A model generated the notes under the pieces. That model saw only the letters and a list, made by a program, of their open reading frames with translations. It ran no database searches and had not been told where the DNA came from. A stretch of 64,000 nt of DNA from Pseudomonadota bacterium (GTDB lineage Bacteria; Bdellovibrionota_B; Oligoflexia; Oligoflexales; CAIYRB01), in NCBI GenBank assembly GCA_031416315.1, contig JANOTL010000115.1, positions 1-64,000 of the forward strand. The letters are read 5' to 3'. How positions within the stretch are numbered: the stretch's first letter is position 1; each line of letters opens with the position of its first letter. Below, one piece after another: positions 20,015 to 29,951 of the stretch. A program made the translations under genes and the position numbers.

Positions 20015-20102
20015 CGAAAGCTCCAGGATGGATCCGCGAGTCTTCGCGCTTCAGCTTTTCCGAATCGTATCATAAAGTGCCGTTTTCGTCGGGGGTTTCG
20101 CG

Positions 20103-20432
20103 ATGGGCGACAAGCCGGTCTTCTCCACCTCGAAGGGCGTTCCGGTCACGGGCAAGAAGGGCGAGCGGCAAAAGCCGGGTTGGGCGCGCGGTCAAGGCCC
20201 GGCCAAGATGCGCCTCGAGACCAAAGGTCGCGGCGGCAAGGCCGTGACCGTGCTCTTCAATTTGCCTTTCGCCGAGGACGAGGCCGATGCCATGCGCCGA
20301 GAGATGCAAGCGGCCTTCGGCTGCGGTGGCACGCTCGGCGAAGGCACCATCGAGCTCGCCGGCGACCTCCGCGACAAGATCGAGGCGCATCTCGCTAAGC
20401 GCGGGCACAAGCTCGTGCGCGCCGGAGGCTGA
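20103..20432 (+). CDS. SUI1/YciH-family translation initiation factor
   Basis: RLETKGRGGKAVTV, GCGGTL, IELAGDLRDKI. Confidence 0.9.
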   Translation: MGDKPVFSTSKGVPVTGKKGERQKPGWARGQGPAKMRLETKGRGGKAVTVLFNLPFAEDEADAMRREMQAAFGCGGTLGEGTIELAGDLRDKIEAHLAKRGHKLVRAGG

Positions 20433-20435
20433 GCG

Positions 20436-21422
20436 ATGCGCATCCTGATTCTCGGCGGCACGTCCTTCCTCGGCCGGCACGCGGCGGAAGAGGCTCTGCT
20501 CCGCGGCTATCATGTGACCCTCCTCAACCGGGGGAAGACGGGTCCCGAGCTTTTCGCCAAAGCGGAGGCGGAGGGCCGCGTGACGCGGGTGAAGGGCGAC
20601 CGAGCCCGCCTCGCGGAGCCGGGAAATCCAGCAGCGGAGGCCTTGCGCGGGCAGCATTTCGACGCCGTGATCGACACCTCGGGCTATCAGGCGGAGGTCG
20701 TGCGCCAAAGCGCCGAGCTCCTTGCGGCGGCGACGGGGACCTATCTCTTCGTCTCGTCGATCTCGGTTTATGCCGCGTTCACGGCGCCGAACGTCGAGAA
20801 GAAGACCGAGGTCTCGACGGTGGGGGAGGGCTACGGCCCGCAAAAGGCCGCGTGCGAAGACGAGGTGCGCCGCGCCTTCGGGCCCCGCGCCCTCATCTCA
20901 CGCCCCGGTCTCATCGTCGGTCCGTACGATCCGACCGATCGGTTTACTTATTGGGTGCGGCGGCTGGCGCACGGCGGCGTCGCGGTCGCGCCGGGGGACG
21001 GGTCGCGCCTCGTGCAATTCATCGACGGGCGCGATTTGGCGATGCTCTACCTCGATCAATGCGAGCGCCAAGAATCCGGCAGCTTCAACGCCACGGGGCG
21101 CCCGCTCACGATGCGGACGTTTCTCGAGACCGCCCGGGCGGCGCTCGGCCCAGGCGCGGCGGAGCTTCGCTGGTTGGACGAGGCCTTCCTCACGCAGCAC
21201 GACGTGAAGCCCTGGATGGAGATGACGACCTGGCTCCCCGAAGATCAAACGATCGACTGCACGGCGGCGCTCGACGCCGGGCTCGCGTTTCGCGCGCTGG
21301 AGGACACGGTGCGCGCGACGCGGGCCTTCGACCTCGCTCGCGGCGAGCCGACGCCGATGCGAGCGGGGCTCACGGCGGAGCGCGAGAAAGCCCTACTTAC
21401 AGCGGCTTCCCAGTCGAGATGA
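20436..21422 (+). CDS. NAD-dependent epimerase/dehydratase family (extended SDR)
   Basis: ILILGGTSFLG, FVSSISVY, YGPQKAACE, RPGLIVGPYDPTDRFTYW. Confidence 0.88.
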   Translation: MRILILGGTSFLGRHAAEEALLRGYHVTLLNRGKTGPELFAKAEAEGRVTRVKGDRARLAEPGNPAAEALRGQHFDAVIDTSGYQAEVVRQSAELLAAATGTYLFVSSISVYAAFTAPNVEKKTEVSTVGEGYGPQKAACEDEVRRAFGPRALISRPGLIVGPYDPTDRFTYWVRRLAHGGVAVAPGDGSRLVQFIDGRDLAMLYLDQCERQESGSFNATGRPLTMRTFLETARAALGPGAAELRWLDEAFLTQHDVKPWMEMTTWLPEDQTIDCTAALDAGLAFRALEDTVRATRAFDLARGEPTPMRAGLTAEREKALLTAASQSR

Positions 21423-22686
21423 AAGGCCTCGGCAGCTCGGCGACGTCGTCGAGCTCCGAAAGCTTCAGTCCGCGACCCTCCGGCGCCTGCGGTGAAAGCA
21501 GATACGTCGTCATCGCCCGAATGTGGTGCGCCACGTAGTCGATGCGCACCGAAGCTTTGCGCGGATCGTCGGCGAGCCCGCCAGTGAGGCCGAAGAGCTG
21601 CGCCGTGCGCGACAGGACGGGATCGGCTTCGTAAATGTTGCCGGGTAATCCGTATTGGAATTGTAGGGCGAAGGCCACGTGCTCTTTGGCACGCGCCCAC
21701 AAATGCCGCGCGTCGCGGTCGCGGCCGAGGAGGCGCGCGAGCTCGACGCCGGCGAGGAGTCCTTCGTTACGGGCGGTCGCATTACAAGAGTAGAGCTTGC
21801 CCTTGCGCGAGCCGACGTAGCGGCTCGTGCCGTCGAGCTCCTCGTCCTCGTCGCCTTGCACGGCGCTTCGCGCTTGCGCCAAGGCGGAATCGACGGCGCG
21901 GCTCAGGACGCGACGTGACAGGCTGGCGCCTTCGCCAGCGAGCCAGCTCGCGGCTTGGATGTGCCAGTGCGAGGTCTTGCCGGCGGCGGTCGCCGACTCC
22001 AGCCAGCGCGCCGCGGCGACGAGGCTCGCGGAGTCTTTCTTCACGAGCTTGTTGTAGTGCACGATCCCGATGACGGCCTGCGACTCGGCCCAGCCTTCTT
22101 TCGTCGCCAGCGGGCCATTGAAGGCCAAGGCTTCGGTGAGAAAGCCGTTCAGATCCTCGGCCAGGGAGGCGTACGGGCCCTTGCCCGGCTTATGGCCCGT
22201 GAGCTTGTCGTAGAGTGCGACGTCGATCAGGAGGAAGCCGTTCTCGCCGAGGCTGAGACTGCCGTTCATGCTCTTCATGACGCGCTTGTGCGCGCCGTAG
22301 CTGTCGATGAAGGTCTGCGCGAAATCGAGGCTCTTCTTCGCCGCGGTGAGGTACTCGGGAAACGGGCTCACCTCGTACGCGCGCAAGAGCGCATAGATCG
22401 CGCCGAGGTGACGGATCATGCTGTACTTGTCGGCCTTCTTCAGGCAACAGCGACCGAGCGGGTCGTTGATGTAAAGAAAGCGGCCGTCGGCGAGCTGATT
22501 GCGCATCAGGTACTCGGCCGAAGCGGACAGCGCGGGCAAGAGCTCTTCGCGTGTGAGCTCGAGGCTCTGCCACGGATTGGGCCCTTTGCCGAAGTCGACT
22601 TTGGCAGGCGACTTCGCGGACGCGGCGAGCGCGGACGGAGTCGTGAACGCGAGACTCAACAAGAGAGATGCGAGGCGATGTTTCAT
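21397..22686 (-). CDS. Secreted hypothetical protein, probable (alpha/alpha)-toroid fold
   Basis: Signal peptide; YLMRNQLADGRFLY, YSMIRH, ATARNEGL, VRIDYVAH. Confidence 0.6.
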   Translation of the reverse strand: MKHRLASLLLSLAFTTPSALAASAKSPAKVDFGKGPNPWQSLELTREELLPALSASAEYLMRNQLADGRFLYINDPLGRCCLKKADKYSMIRHLGAIYALLRAYEVSPFPEYLTAAKKSLDFAQTFIDSYGAHKRVMKSMNGSLSLGENGFLLIDVALYDKLTGHKPGKGPYASLAEDLNGFLTEALAFNGPLATKEGWAESQAVIGIVHYNKLVKKDSASLVAAARWLESATAAGKTSHWHIQAASWLAGEGASLSRRVLSRAVDSALAQARSAVQGDEDEELDGTSRYVGSRKGKLYSCNATARNEGLLAGVELARLLGRDRDARHLWARAKEHVAFALQFQYGLPGNIYEADPVLSRTAQLFGLTGGLADDPRKASVRIDYVAHHIRAMTTYLLSPQAPEGRGLKLSELDDVAELPRPFISTGKPL

Positions 22687-22748
22687 GCCGAACGATTCGG
22701 CACGACGCGAACGCCGATTCACTGGGCAGAAATTACCATCAATTAAAC

Positions 22749-23669
22749 TCAGTACTTAGAAGCGCGCGGCAAGAGATCGCGATCGCCTTCGTACTCCATC
22801 GGGCGCGGGGCGGCGGAGACGATGCACCCGTTGTCGAGCACGGGCTTGCCGTAAGGGAGGCTCGTAAGCCCGTAGCCGTTGATGTAGACGCGGCGCGGAC
22901 CGGGCGAGAGATTCGGCGTCGAGCCGTGAATCACGTAAGGATTGAAGAGGATCGCGTCGCCGGGGCGCATCTCCGGCTGAACGGCGGCGTTCGCGTCGAA
23001 GTAGCGCTCCGCATTCTCGTTGTCGGCGTCGAGCGTGAGCGGGCCGATCTCGTGGCTCCGCGGGATGACGCGCAGGCCGCCGGTGAAAGGCGAGCAGAGA
23101 TCGAGCGCCGTCAGGGTCTGCACGAACTGCTGCACCGGTTCCGTCATGCCGGGCTTGCGGAAGCGGTAGTCCTGGTGCCAGCCCCAGCCGGCGCCGCCGC
23201 CGGGTGGATTGAAATTCACCTGGTTCACGACCTGGACGAGGTCGTCGCCCAGAATCTGCGCCACGGCGCCGAGGAGGCGCGGGTGCGTGCGGAAGCGGTC
23301 GAGCGTCGGGTTCACCGCGTAAGGATAGGCGACGCGCCGGAGGAGACCAGGGACCGGCGGCTCGTGCTCGGCGTTCTTCGCGAAGGGATTCGTGCGGCGA
23401 TGGAGCGCGAAGAAGCTTGCGCCGAGGAACTCGTCCTTGGTGAACGCGCTCGCCAACGCTTCGATCTCGTCGCAAGCCGCGCGCAGAGCGAAGACCTCAT
23501 GGGTCGCGATCACGTGGCGCGCGACGACCCAGCCCTCGCCGTTATAATGCGCGAGTTCGGCGGAAGTCAGAACGTTGCGGGTGACGAGCAGATCGCGCTC
23601 GCCCCCGCGAGCATCAGAGCTTGGCGCCTTCGCCTTGGGGGGCAAGGACTCCGAGAGGCCGGGCTTCAT
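22749..23669 (-). CDS. Phytanoyl-CoA dioxygenase (PhyH) family Fe/2OG dioxygenase
   Basis: WHQDY (HxD), GGLRVIPRSH, PGDAILF, IHGSTPN...RR. Start uncertain. Confidence 0.85.
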   Translation of the reverse strand: MKPGLSESLPPKAKAPSSDARGGERDLLVTRNVLTSAELAHYNGEGWVVARHVIATHEVFALRAACDEIEALASAFTKDEFLGASFFALHRRTNPFAKNAEHEPPVPGLLRRVAYPYAVNPTLDRFRTHPRLLGAVAQILGDDLVQVVNQVNFNPPGGGAGWGWHQDYRFRKPGMTEPVQQFVQTLTALDLCSPFTGGLRVIPRSHEIGPLTLDADNENAERYFDANAAVQPEMRPGDAILFNPYVIHGSTPNLSPGPRRVYINGYGLTSLPYGKPVLDNGCIVSAAPRPMEYEGDRDLLPRASKY

Positions 23670-24372
23670 CGCGTGCATCTCCTTCGGCATGAGCGCCGTC
23701 GTCGTCGGTCCAGGCTTCGGCGCGGGAGGCGCCCTCGACCGAGCGCCCACCTTCGAGCGGGGACGCATCTGGGGCCGCCGCACAGGCGCCTTCCACGGTG
23801 CGCTCCGGCGCCGGTGTTGGCGCGGCGCTCTCGGATTCCGGCGAGCGCAGCACGGCTTTGTCGAGGTCGACGCCGAGGAGGATCGCTCCGGTCAGGTCGG
23901 CGCCGCGCAGGTCCGCGCCTTCGATCTTCGCGCGCGTCAGCCGCGCGCGCTTCAGGTCGGCGTCCTGCATCAAGGCGTTGCGCAAGTTCGCCGCGGTCAA
24001 GTTCACGGCTTGAAGATCACAGCCCTGCAAGTTCGCGCCTTCGAGGTTGGCGCCGCTCAAATTCAGGCCCGCGAGCGAGAGGCCGCGGAGGTCCGCGCCC
24101 TTCAGGTTGGCGCGGCCCGCGGCATAGTCGACGGCTTTGGTGTCGAAGACGCTGGCGATCCAGAGCTGGTGGGCCTGCACGATCGCCAGGATCTCCGCCT
24201 GCGAGGCGGCGGTCTGCGGCACCGAGATGGGGATCTCCGGCAGGCGGTTCTTCGCGGCCTTGGCTTCTTCGGCCTCGCGGGCCAGCTGCTCCGCGCTCGG
24301 CTCGCCTTCGGCTAAGGCCTCTTCGGCTTCGGTGCGCTCGCGGTTCTTGTTCTTCGCGGGTGAGGAGGACAT
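23614..24372 (-). CDS. Pentapeptide repeat protein
   Basis: Tandem A(N/D)LxG repeats: ANLKG ADLRG ... ANLEG ANLQG ... ADLRG ADLTG. Confidence 0.88.
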   Translation of the reverse strand: MSSSPAKNKNRERTEAEEALAEGEPSAEQLAREAEEAKAAKNRLPEIPISVPQTAASQAEILAIVQAHQLWIASVFDTKAVDYAAGRANLKGADLRGLSLAGLNLSGANLEGANLQGCDLQAVNLTAANLRNALMQDADLKRARLTRAKIEGADLRGADLTGAILLGVDLDKAVLRSPESESAAPTPAPERTVEGACAAAPDASPLEGGRSVEGASRAEAWTDDDGAHAEGDARDEARPLGVLAPQGEGAKL

Positions 24373-24483
24373 GCGCAGGATTCCCCAATGACGGCAAGAC
24401 GGGCGGAAAGGACGGAAAAGAGACTGATTCTTGGTTTTCGTGTACCACGATCCTAACACGATTCGAAAGGAGACCGAAAGCGG

Positions 24484-25347
24484 ATGGAAACCCCTGCCGT
24501 CCTCGCGAGCTTCAACGGCGTGACCCAGCCTTTGGCGAGCGTGCGCGTGTCGCCGCTCGACCGCGCCTACCTTTTCGGCGACGCGGTTTACGAAGTCATA
24601 CGGGTTTATGCCGGCCGTCCCTTCCGGCTTGAACGGCATCTCGACCGCTTGCGGGCGAGCCTCGCGGCGCTGGCGATTCCTCATGACATTGCCGTCACGC
24701 GCGAGCGCTTGGCGGCGCTCCTCGCCGTGAGCGCTGTGCGGGAGGGCTCCGTCTACTTGCAGATCTCGCGGGGCGAAGCGAAGCGCACGCACGTGCCGGC
24801 GCCTGGGATGCAGCCGAACGAGCTCATGTGGCTCGAGCCCTTGCCGGTGGATTTCGGCGCGGCGAAGCGCGCGGCCGGCGTCACGGTCGCTTTGTGTCCC
24901 GACTTGCGCTGGGGGCTCTGCCGCGCAAAGACGACCAACCTCTTGGGTAACGTCGTCGCCGGCCTAGCCGCGCAGGACCAAGGCGCGACCGAGGCCTTGC
25001 TCTACGACGAGAGCGGGCGCGTGACCGAAGGCATGCATTCGACCTTTTTCGCCGTCGACGCCGGTCGCCTCGTGACGACGCCGCTTGGCGCCAACGTCCT
25101 CCCGGGAATCACCCGAGAGGTGGTGCTCGAGATCGCCCGCGCGTTGGGCATCGAGACGGTCGAGCGCTCCGTGGCGCGCGGGGAGCTCCCCGCGATGCAG
25201 GAGCTCTTTTTCACCGGCACACTCTCCGAGATCCAGCCGATCGTCGCGGTCGACGGCACGGCGGTCGGAGACGGCCGGCCCGGGCCCTTGGCGCGGCGGC
25301 TCCAGGAGCGTTTCGTTCTCCGCGTAAGCGCCGAATGCGCCTCTTGA
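24484..25347 (+). CDS. Aminotransferase class IV (D-amino-acid transaminase-like)
   Basis: DRAYLFGDAVYE, HLDRL, YLQISRG, AKTTNLL, TEG, LPGITR. Confidence 0.88.
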   Translation: METPAVLASFNGVTQPLASVRVSPLDRAYLFGDAVYEVIRVYAGRPFRLERHLDRLRASLAALAIPHDIAVTRERLAALLAVSAVREGSVYLQISRGEAKRTHVPAPGMQPNELMWLEPLPVDFGAAKRAAGVTVALCPDLRWGLCRAKTTNLLGNVVAGLAAQDQGATEALLYDESGRVTEGMHSTFFAVDAGRLVTTPLGANVLPGITREVVLEIARALGIETVERSVARGELPAMQELFFTGTLSEIQPIVAVDGTAVGDGRPGPLARRLQERFVLRVSAECAS

Positions 25348-25405
25348 AAGGTTCGACTTAAGTTTTTTCACCAAAGGCCGAAACCTCCTCGGGGGCGCGT
25401 GCGGC

Positions 25406-25780
25406 ATGGGCGAACGCAACATCGATGATCTCGAGACCACGGAGCCGCTGAAAGCGGAGCCGAAAGTCGTCGCACCGACGCCAATGAAGCCCGTGCGCGC
25501 GGCTGAGGCCGAGAAGCTCATCGACGTGAACTATCCCGAGCCGACGTCGATCGCCAAGGTCGTGCGCGACGTGGCGCGGTGGTCGGGGCAATCCTTCGTG
25601 ATGGAGCCGCGGCTCGACGCGAAAATCCAGATCTTCGCGCCGAAGCCCTTGCGGCCGAGCGAGGCGTATCAGCTCTTCCTCGCCTCCCTGCAGGTTTTGA
25701 ATCTGCGCGCAGTCCAACTCGGGACGCCCGCGGGGATCGTCGTCAAGATCGTGCCGGTGCAGCCGATCGTCGGCGCCTGA
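25406..25780 (+). CDS. Small protein resembling an isolated GspD secretin N0 domain
   Basis: IAKVVRDVARWSGQSFVMEPRLDAKIQIFAPKPLRPSEAYQLFLASLQVLNL...VVKIVP. Confidence 0.65.
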   Translation: MGERNIDDLETTEPLKAEPKVVAPTPMKPVRAAEAEKLIDVNYPEPTSIAKVVRDVARWSGQSFVMEPRLDAKIQIFAPKPLRPSEAYQLFLASLQVLNLRAVQLGTPAGIVVKIVPVQPIVGA

Positions 25781-25789
25781 GGCTCCTCC

Positions 25790-26383
25790 TCAGAGGAACG
25801 TGACCTTCTTGTCGAGCGCCGCGCGCAAGCGCCGCATGTATTGCGCGCGCGTGATCTCCATCACTCCCAAAGACTTCAGATGCGGCGTGATAAACTGCAC
25901 TTCCAGCAGGGTCATTCCGCGCATCTTCATGTGCTCGACCAAGCCGAGAAGCGCGATCTTCGACGCGTCGGTGACGCGATGGAACTTCGACTCGGCAAAG
26001 AAGGCCCCGGCGAGCGCGACGCCGTAGACGCCGCCCACCAATTTGCCGCCTTGCCAAACTTCCACCGAATGCGCGTCGCCCTGCGCGTGCAGCTCGCCGT
26101 ACGTGCGCTTGAAGAGCTCGTTGATCCAAGTCTCCTTGCGCGCGGCGCAGCCGTCGAGCACGCCCGCAAAGTCCTTGTCCAGCGTCACTTCGAACTCCGC
26201 CTGCCGCAAACGCCGGCGCAGCGAGCGCGACACGTGGAAGTGCTCCAGAGGCAATATGGCGCGCGGGTCCGGGTGGAACCACAGGATCTCGCCGGATTCG
26301 GGGTGCGGCATGGGGAAGTAGCCCTGCGCATAAGCCAAGCGCAGAAGATCGGGCGTAAATGGCGGGAGCCGTCGATCGCTCAC
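25790..26383 (-). CDS. aat: Leucyl/phenylalanyl-tRNA--protein transferase
   Basis: AYAQGYFPM, WFHPDPRAIL, SRSLRR, TWI, AHSVEVW, LVGGVYGV, FFAESKF, DASKIAL. Confidence 0.93.
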   Translation of the reverse strand: MSDRRLPPFTPDLLRLAYAQGYFPMPHPESGEILWFHPDPRAILPLEHFHVSRSLRRRLRQAEFEVTLDKDFAGVLDGCAARKETWINELFKRTYGELHAQGDAHSVEVWQGGKLVGGVYGVALAGAFFAESKFHRVTDASKIALLGLVEHMKMRGMTLLEVQFITPHLKSLGVMEITRAQYMRRLRAALDKKVTFL

Positions 26384-26544
26384 GGGCGCCTCCTCGAACG
26401 GACTTAAGGGCCAGTGTCGTAAATTTTACGCCGTCGGGGTTTTTTTTTCTCCTTTCCGCCCGGTATACTTAGTCGCACATCACCAGAAATTTTTTCGATT
26501 CGACTCGATGCACGGACTTTCGGTCTCACTTGCAGGAGAGTTTT

Positions 26545-28611
26545 ATGAGTTTTTCCGGTTCCCGCAACGCGAAGCTCGCGACTTCACTGGTCGTTGGCGC
26601 GGCGTTCTTTTCGTCCACGGGTTGCGACAAGGCAGCTGACGCGCTGAAGGACGCGGCGCAGGATGCTGCAGGCATCTCGAAGCTGGAAGCGCCTGAGCAG
26701 GCGACTCTTCTCGCGGAAGCGGGCTGGGACGCGACGAAAAACAAGCAGCTGGAGAACTTCACGGTCTACGGCGGCTTCACGCTGACCGAAAAGTTCCCCG
26801 GCGACCTGGCGAAGACCGTCAAGCTCCCCGTCCCGATCGACATCCCGGACAAGGCGCAGGGCGCCGCGGGGAATCAGCGCTCGATTGCGCTGCTCCGCGC
26901 CGAGAAGTGCGAGCTCGAGCCGGGCAAGCCGGTGACCCGCTTCCGTATCGTCACGGTCGCCCGCTACGACGGGGCCGAAAAGTCGCTCGAGATCACCGGC
27001 GAGACCATCAACGCCGCGATGGACCCCGCGCAGGTCATCAGCCTCGCGAACAAGAACCAGGCGGGTACGTACATCCTGGTCGAGGGTAAGGGCGACAAAG
27101 GCCTCGCCTACGTCACCGGCACGGCCTACCTCGCCAAGTACGGCGACCCGAACAAGGTGCCCGTCGCGGGCGCCTGCGTCTTCACCACCGAGTCGCCATT
27201 CGTCACGGTCTCGGGCGCCTCGGGCAAGTACTTCCTCGCCATGCTCGAAGGCAGCAAGGGCATGGTCGTCGGCTCGAAGAACAACATCGTCGCGACCTAT
27301 TCCGTGCCGGGCACGCCGACCTCGGCCACCGAGCAGGTGAAGTACGCCGGCGTCCTCGACAAGTACCAGGACAAGTACAACGAGAAGATCGGGGACGTAG
27401 GTAACGCTGAAGTCACCGCGAAATCGGGCGAGCTCTTCACCAAGGTGAACACCAAGGTCACCGACTGGCTCAACGGCTGGAAGCTGATCGAGATCCCGAT
27501 CACCTTCCGTCAGCCGCCGCAGGTCGCGGCCGTGCCGCCCCCGACCCCGCAAGCCGATCTCCCGGTCAAGCCGGCTCCGGACCCGGCTCCGGGCCCGGCT
27601 CCGACGCCGACCCCTGGCCCAGCGCCCGCGCCGGCCCCGACGCCTCCAGCCGACAACGTGGCGCCGGACGCCGACGTCGTCCGTGAAGTCACGCCCGACC
27701 CGGCCTTCAACGAGAACCTCGGCTGCGACGACCCGACCAAGCTCATCGTCGACGGCTCGAAGTTCGACACCTACACCGCGGACGTCGCCGGCTGGCGCGC
27801 CGTGGGCGACGTGCGCATCAGCGCCAACCAGCACGAGAAGATCTTCGGCGCCCCCGAAGACGTCGCGGAAGGCTCGAACGGCCGCTACCTCGACCAGTTC
27901 ACCGGCTACTGCGTCCTCTCGACCGGTGACTCGCAGTTCCAGGAAGGCGGCGCCGCCAACCCGATCTTCCAGCCGATCGAGGACATGCAGTCCGAGATGT
28001 GGCAGAAGCTCAAGATCCCGGCCGCCGCCTCCGGCATCAAGGCCATCCAGCTGCGCGTCGCGTTCTTCTCGCAGGAATTCCCGAAGTTCGTCGGCACGCA
28101 GTACAACGACTCGTTCTACGTGAAGTTCGACGAGCACCTCGACGTGATCGGCGACGGCAACTTGAACGAGATCGCCGGTATCAACGACCCGGCCTTCGCG
28201 GCCGAGGTCAACGGCTGCTCGGCGCAGGTCGGCGGCAACGTCAAGTGCGGTGACTGGCAGAGCGTGAAGACCCTTGGCCTCCACGGCGAGATGTGGTCGG
28301 TCGACAAGGACTCCCAGGCGACCTCGAAGTCGATGACGTACGAGTGCCAGAACCCCGATACGAAGAACTCGAAGCTCGCCGACGGCAAAGTGAAGTGCTA
28401 CCACGGCTGGGTCCCGCCGCGGACCTTCTGCAAGAACCTCGCGCCGGAAGACTTCGGCACCGAGAAGACCTTGCGCATCGGCATCACGGACGTGGGCGAC
28501 CAGTACTTCACGTCGGCGATCGCGATCGACTCGGTCGTGTTCACGAAGGCGGACTGTGCTGGCGATGCCGGATTCGCCGCCGACCCGGATTCCCGCGCCA
28601 GCGAGCTGTAA
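26545..28611 (+). CDS. Large surface lipoprotein with a Pro-rich linker and a C-terminal choice-of-anchor-L-like domain
   Basis: GGAGA RBS; lipobox STGC; PAPDPAPGPAPTPTPGPAPAPAP linker; LSTG, FFSQEFPKFVGTQYNDSF, IGITDVGDQYFTSAIAID. Confidence 0.65.
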   Translation: MSFSGSRNAKLATSLVVGAAFFSSTGCDKAADALKDAAQDAAGISKLEAPEQATLLAEAGWDATKNKQLENFTVYGGFTLTEKFPGDLAKTVKLPVPIDIPDKAQGAAGNQRSIALLRAEKCELEPGKPVTRFRIVTVARYDGAEKSLEITGETINAAMDPAQVISLANKNQAGTYILVEGKGDKGLAYVTGTAYLAKYGDPNKVPVAGACVFTTESPFVTVSGASGKYFLAMLEGSKGMVVGSKNNIVATYSVPGTPTSATEQVKYAGVLDKYQDKYNEKIGDVGNAEVTAKSGELFTKVNTKVTDWLNGWKLIEIPITFRQPPQVAAVPPPTPQADLPVKPAPDPAPGPAPTPTPGPAPAPAPTPPADNVAPDADVVREVTPDPAFNENLGCDDPTKLIVDGSKFDTYTADVAGWRAVGDVRISANQHEKIFGAPEDVAEGSNGRYLDQFTGYCVLSTGDSQFQEGGAANPIFQPIEDMQSEMWQKLKIPAAASGIKAIQLRVAFFSQEFPKFVGTQYNDSFYVKFDEHLDVIGDGNLNEIAGINDPAFAAEVNGCSAQVGGNVKCGDWQSVKTLGLHGEMWSVDKDSQATSKSMTYECQNPDTKNSKLADGKVKCYHGWVPPRTFCKNLAPEDFGTEKTLRIGITDVGDQYFTSAIAIDSVVFTKADCAGDAGFAADPDSRASEL

Positions 28612-28634
28612 CAGCAAGAATCAGCTGATTTGAT

Positions 28635-28673
28635 GAAGGCCGGCCTCTCAACGAGAAGCCGGCCTTTCGTTTT
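28635..28673 (+). terminator. Rho-independent terminator
   Basis: AAGGCCGGC...GCCGGCCTT stem followed by TCGTTTT, downstream of the 26545 gene and between convergent genes. Confidence 0.7.
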
Positions 28674-28772
28674 GTCGTGGCTTGCATGAGGCTAGGTGAA
28701 GGCTCGTCCCGGCTTCCAGACAAAAAAGCCCAGTCGGGCCCGTCCGAGTTGCAGCCGCATTCCGCCGTCGCC

Positions 28773-29951
28773 TCAGAACTGGTAGCCGACCCCGAAGCCC
28801 AGGCCATAACCCGCGCTCGTCTTGCGGTGGTCGACGGCCTTCTCCACGGCTTCCAGATGAAAGTCCGCGGCCCCGAAGTCGGCGTCGGTGAAGTCAACGA
28901 ACCCCGAGTTCCCGGCTTTCAGAACGGAGAGCGGCACCAGGGCGCCGAAATCGAGCGCCACCAGGAAGGAGCCGAAGTGGTACTCCGCCGTCACGCCGAG
29001 GTCTAAGCCGAGAGCGTAGAGGTAGGACTCGTATTTGGCGACGGTGAAGGTCTTTTGCGACGTCGGATCGTCGAGCGTCGCGTCCATCACCAGCTTCGAG
29101 TTCAGGATCGAGAGGCCGCCCAGGCCGACGACGCGGTAGCTGCCGCCGGAGGCGAGGAGATAGCCGACGTCTAGGGCTACGCCCTTCTCGGTGCCCGTCG
29201 TCATCGAGCGGACGAGTGACTTCGGTTGCAGAGGGTCGAAGCGCGCCTCAGCGGCGAAATCGTTGTTCGTGCTGTAAAAAAGGGCCGGCGCCAGCTCGAG
29301 CTTGGCCGACAGCGGCTTATGGAATGAGACTTTGACGCCGTAGGCCGGCGTCTCCACCGTCGCGGTCGAGCTCCAGGGGGCTGCCTTAGCGTCCGTCCGG
29401 GCCTTCTGATTGAAGCCGACGGCCTCGTAGGCCACGGGGTTTGCGAGGCCGTAAACGAAATGCGCGCGCAAGCGCGTGGCGAGCGCGGTGGTGGCTTCCG
29501 GCTTCGGATCGGCAGGCTCGATCGGCTCGCCTTCTTCTTCCTCAGACTCGGGCGCGGCGGCCGCGGCGGGCGGCGGCGCGGGGGCTTTCTCGGACTCCGT
29601 TTCGACCTCGATCGGTTCCCCCGGTGCGGTCGGGGCGAGGGCCAAGGCCTCGGCGAGGGCGCCGACCCTCACCTTTTTAGCGTCGGCGTCGTCAAGACTC
29701 ACACCCGCGGCGCTCTCACGCAAAGTCGCGACTTTGCCGCAGGCGACCTCGGCGCCGGACTTGTCCTTGAAGCAAACGCGGTCGCCCATCTTCAGGCCAC
29801 GGTTCTTTCCCGCGTCGATGACGGCGAACGCTCCGGACTTTGCCTTGCCCGTGCGAACGACCTTGATGTCGACTTCGTGAGACGTCGTCGTGCAAGCGAA
29901 GGCGCCCGCGGTGGCTCCCACGAGGGCGGCGCGCGCGAGGAGATGCCTCAT
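28773..29951 (-). CDS. Lipoprotein with an N-terminal small beta domain and a C-terminal outer-membrane beta-barrel
   Basis: Lipobox AFAC; VIDAGKNRGLKMGD; C-terminal GLGFGVGYQF barrel signature; ATG overlaps the HD-GYP stop. Confidence 0.65.
   Translation of the reverse strand: MRHLLARAALVGATAGAFACTTTSHEVDIKVVRTGKAKSGAFAVIDAGKNRGLKMGDRVCFKDKSGAEVACGKVATLRESAAGVSLDDADAKKVRVGALAEALALAPTAPGEPIEVETESEKAPAPPPAAAAAPESEEEEGEPIEPADPKPEATTALATRLRAHFVYGLANPVAYEAVGFNQKARTDAKAAPWSSTATVETPAYGVKVSFHKPLSAKLELAPALFYSTNNDFAAEARFDPLQPKSLVRSMTTGTEKGVALDVGYLLASGGSYRVVGLGGLSILNSKLVMDATLDDPTSQKTFTVAKYESYLYALGLDLGVTAEYHFGSFLVALDFGALVPLSVLKAGNSGFVDFTDADFGAADFHLEAVEKAVDHRKTSAGYGLGFGVGYQF

Noticed and set aside
27570..27650. 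Short tandem repeats (also 52620-52860 and 23860-24120) as CRISPR or non-coding arrays
   Set aside because: They are in-frame coding repeats (Pro-Ala linker, acidic linker, pentapeptide repeats) with no repeat-spacer structure and no cas genes.
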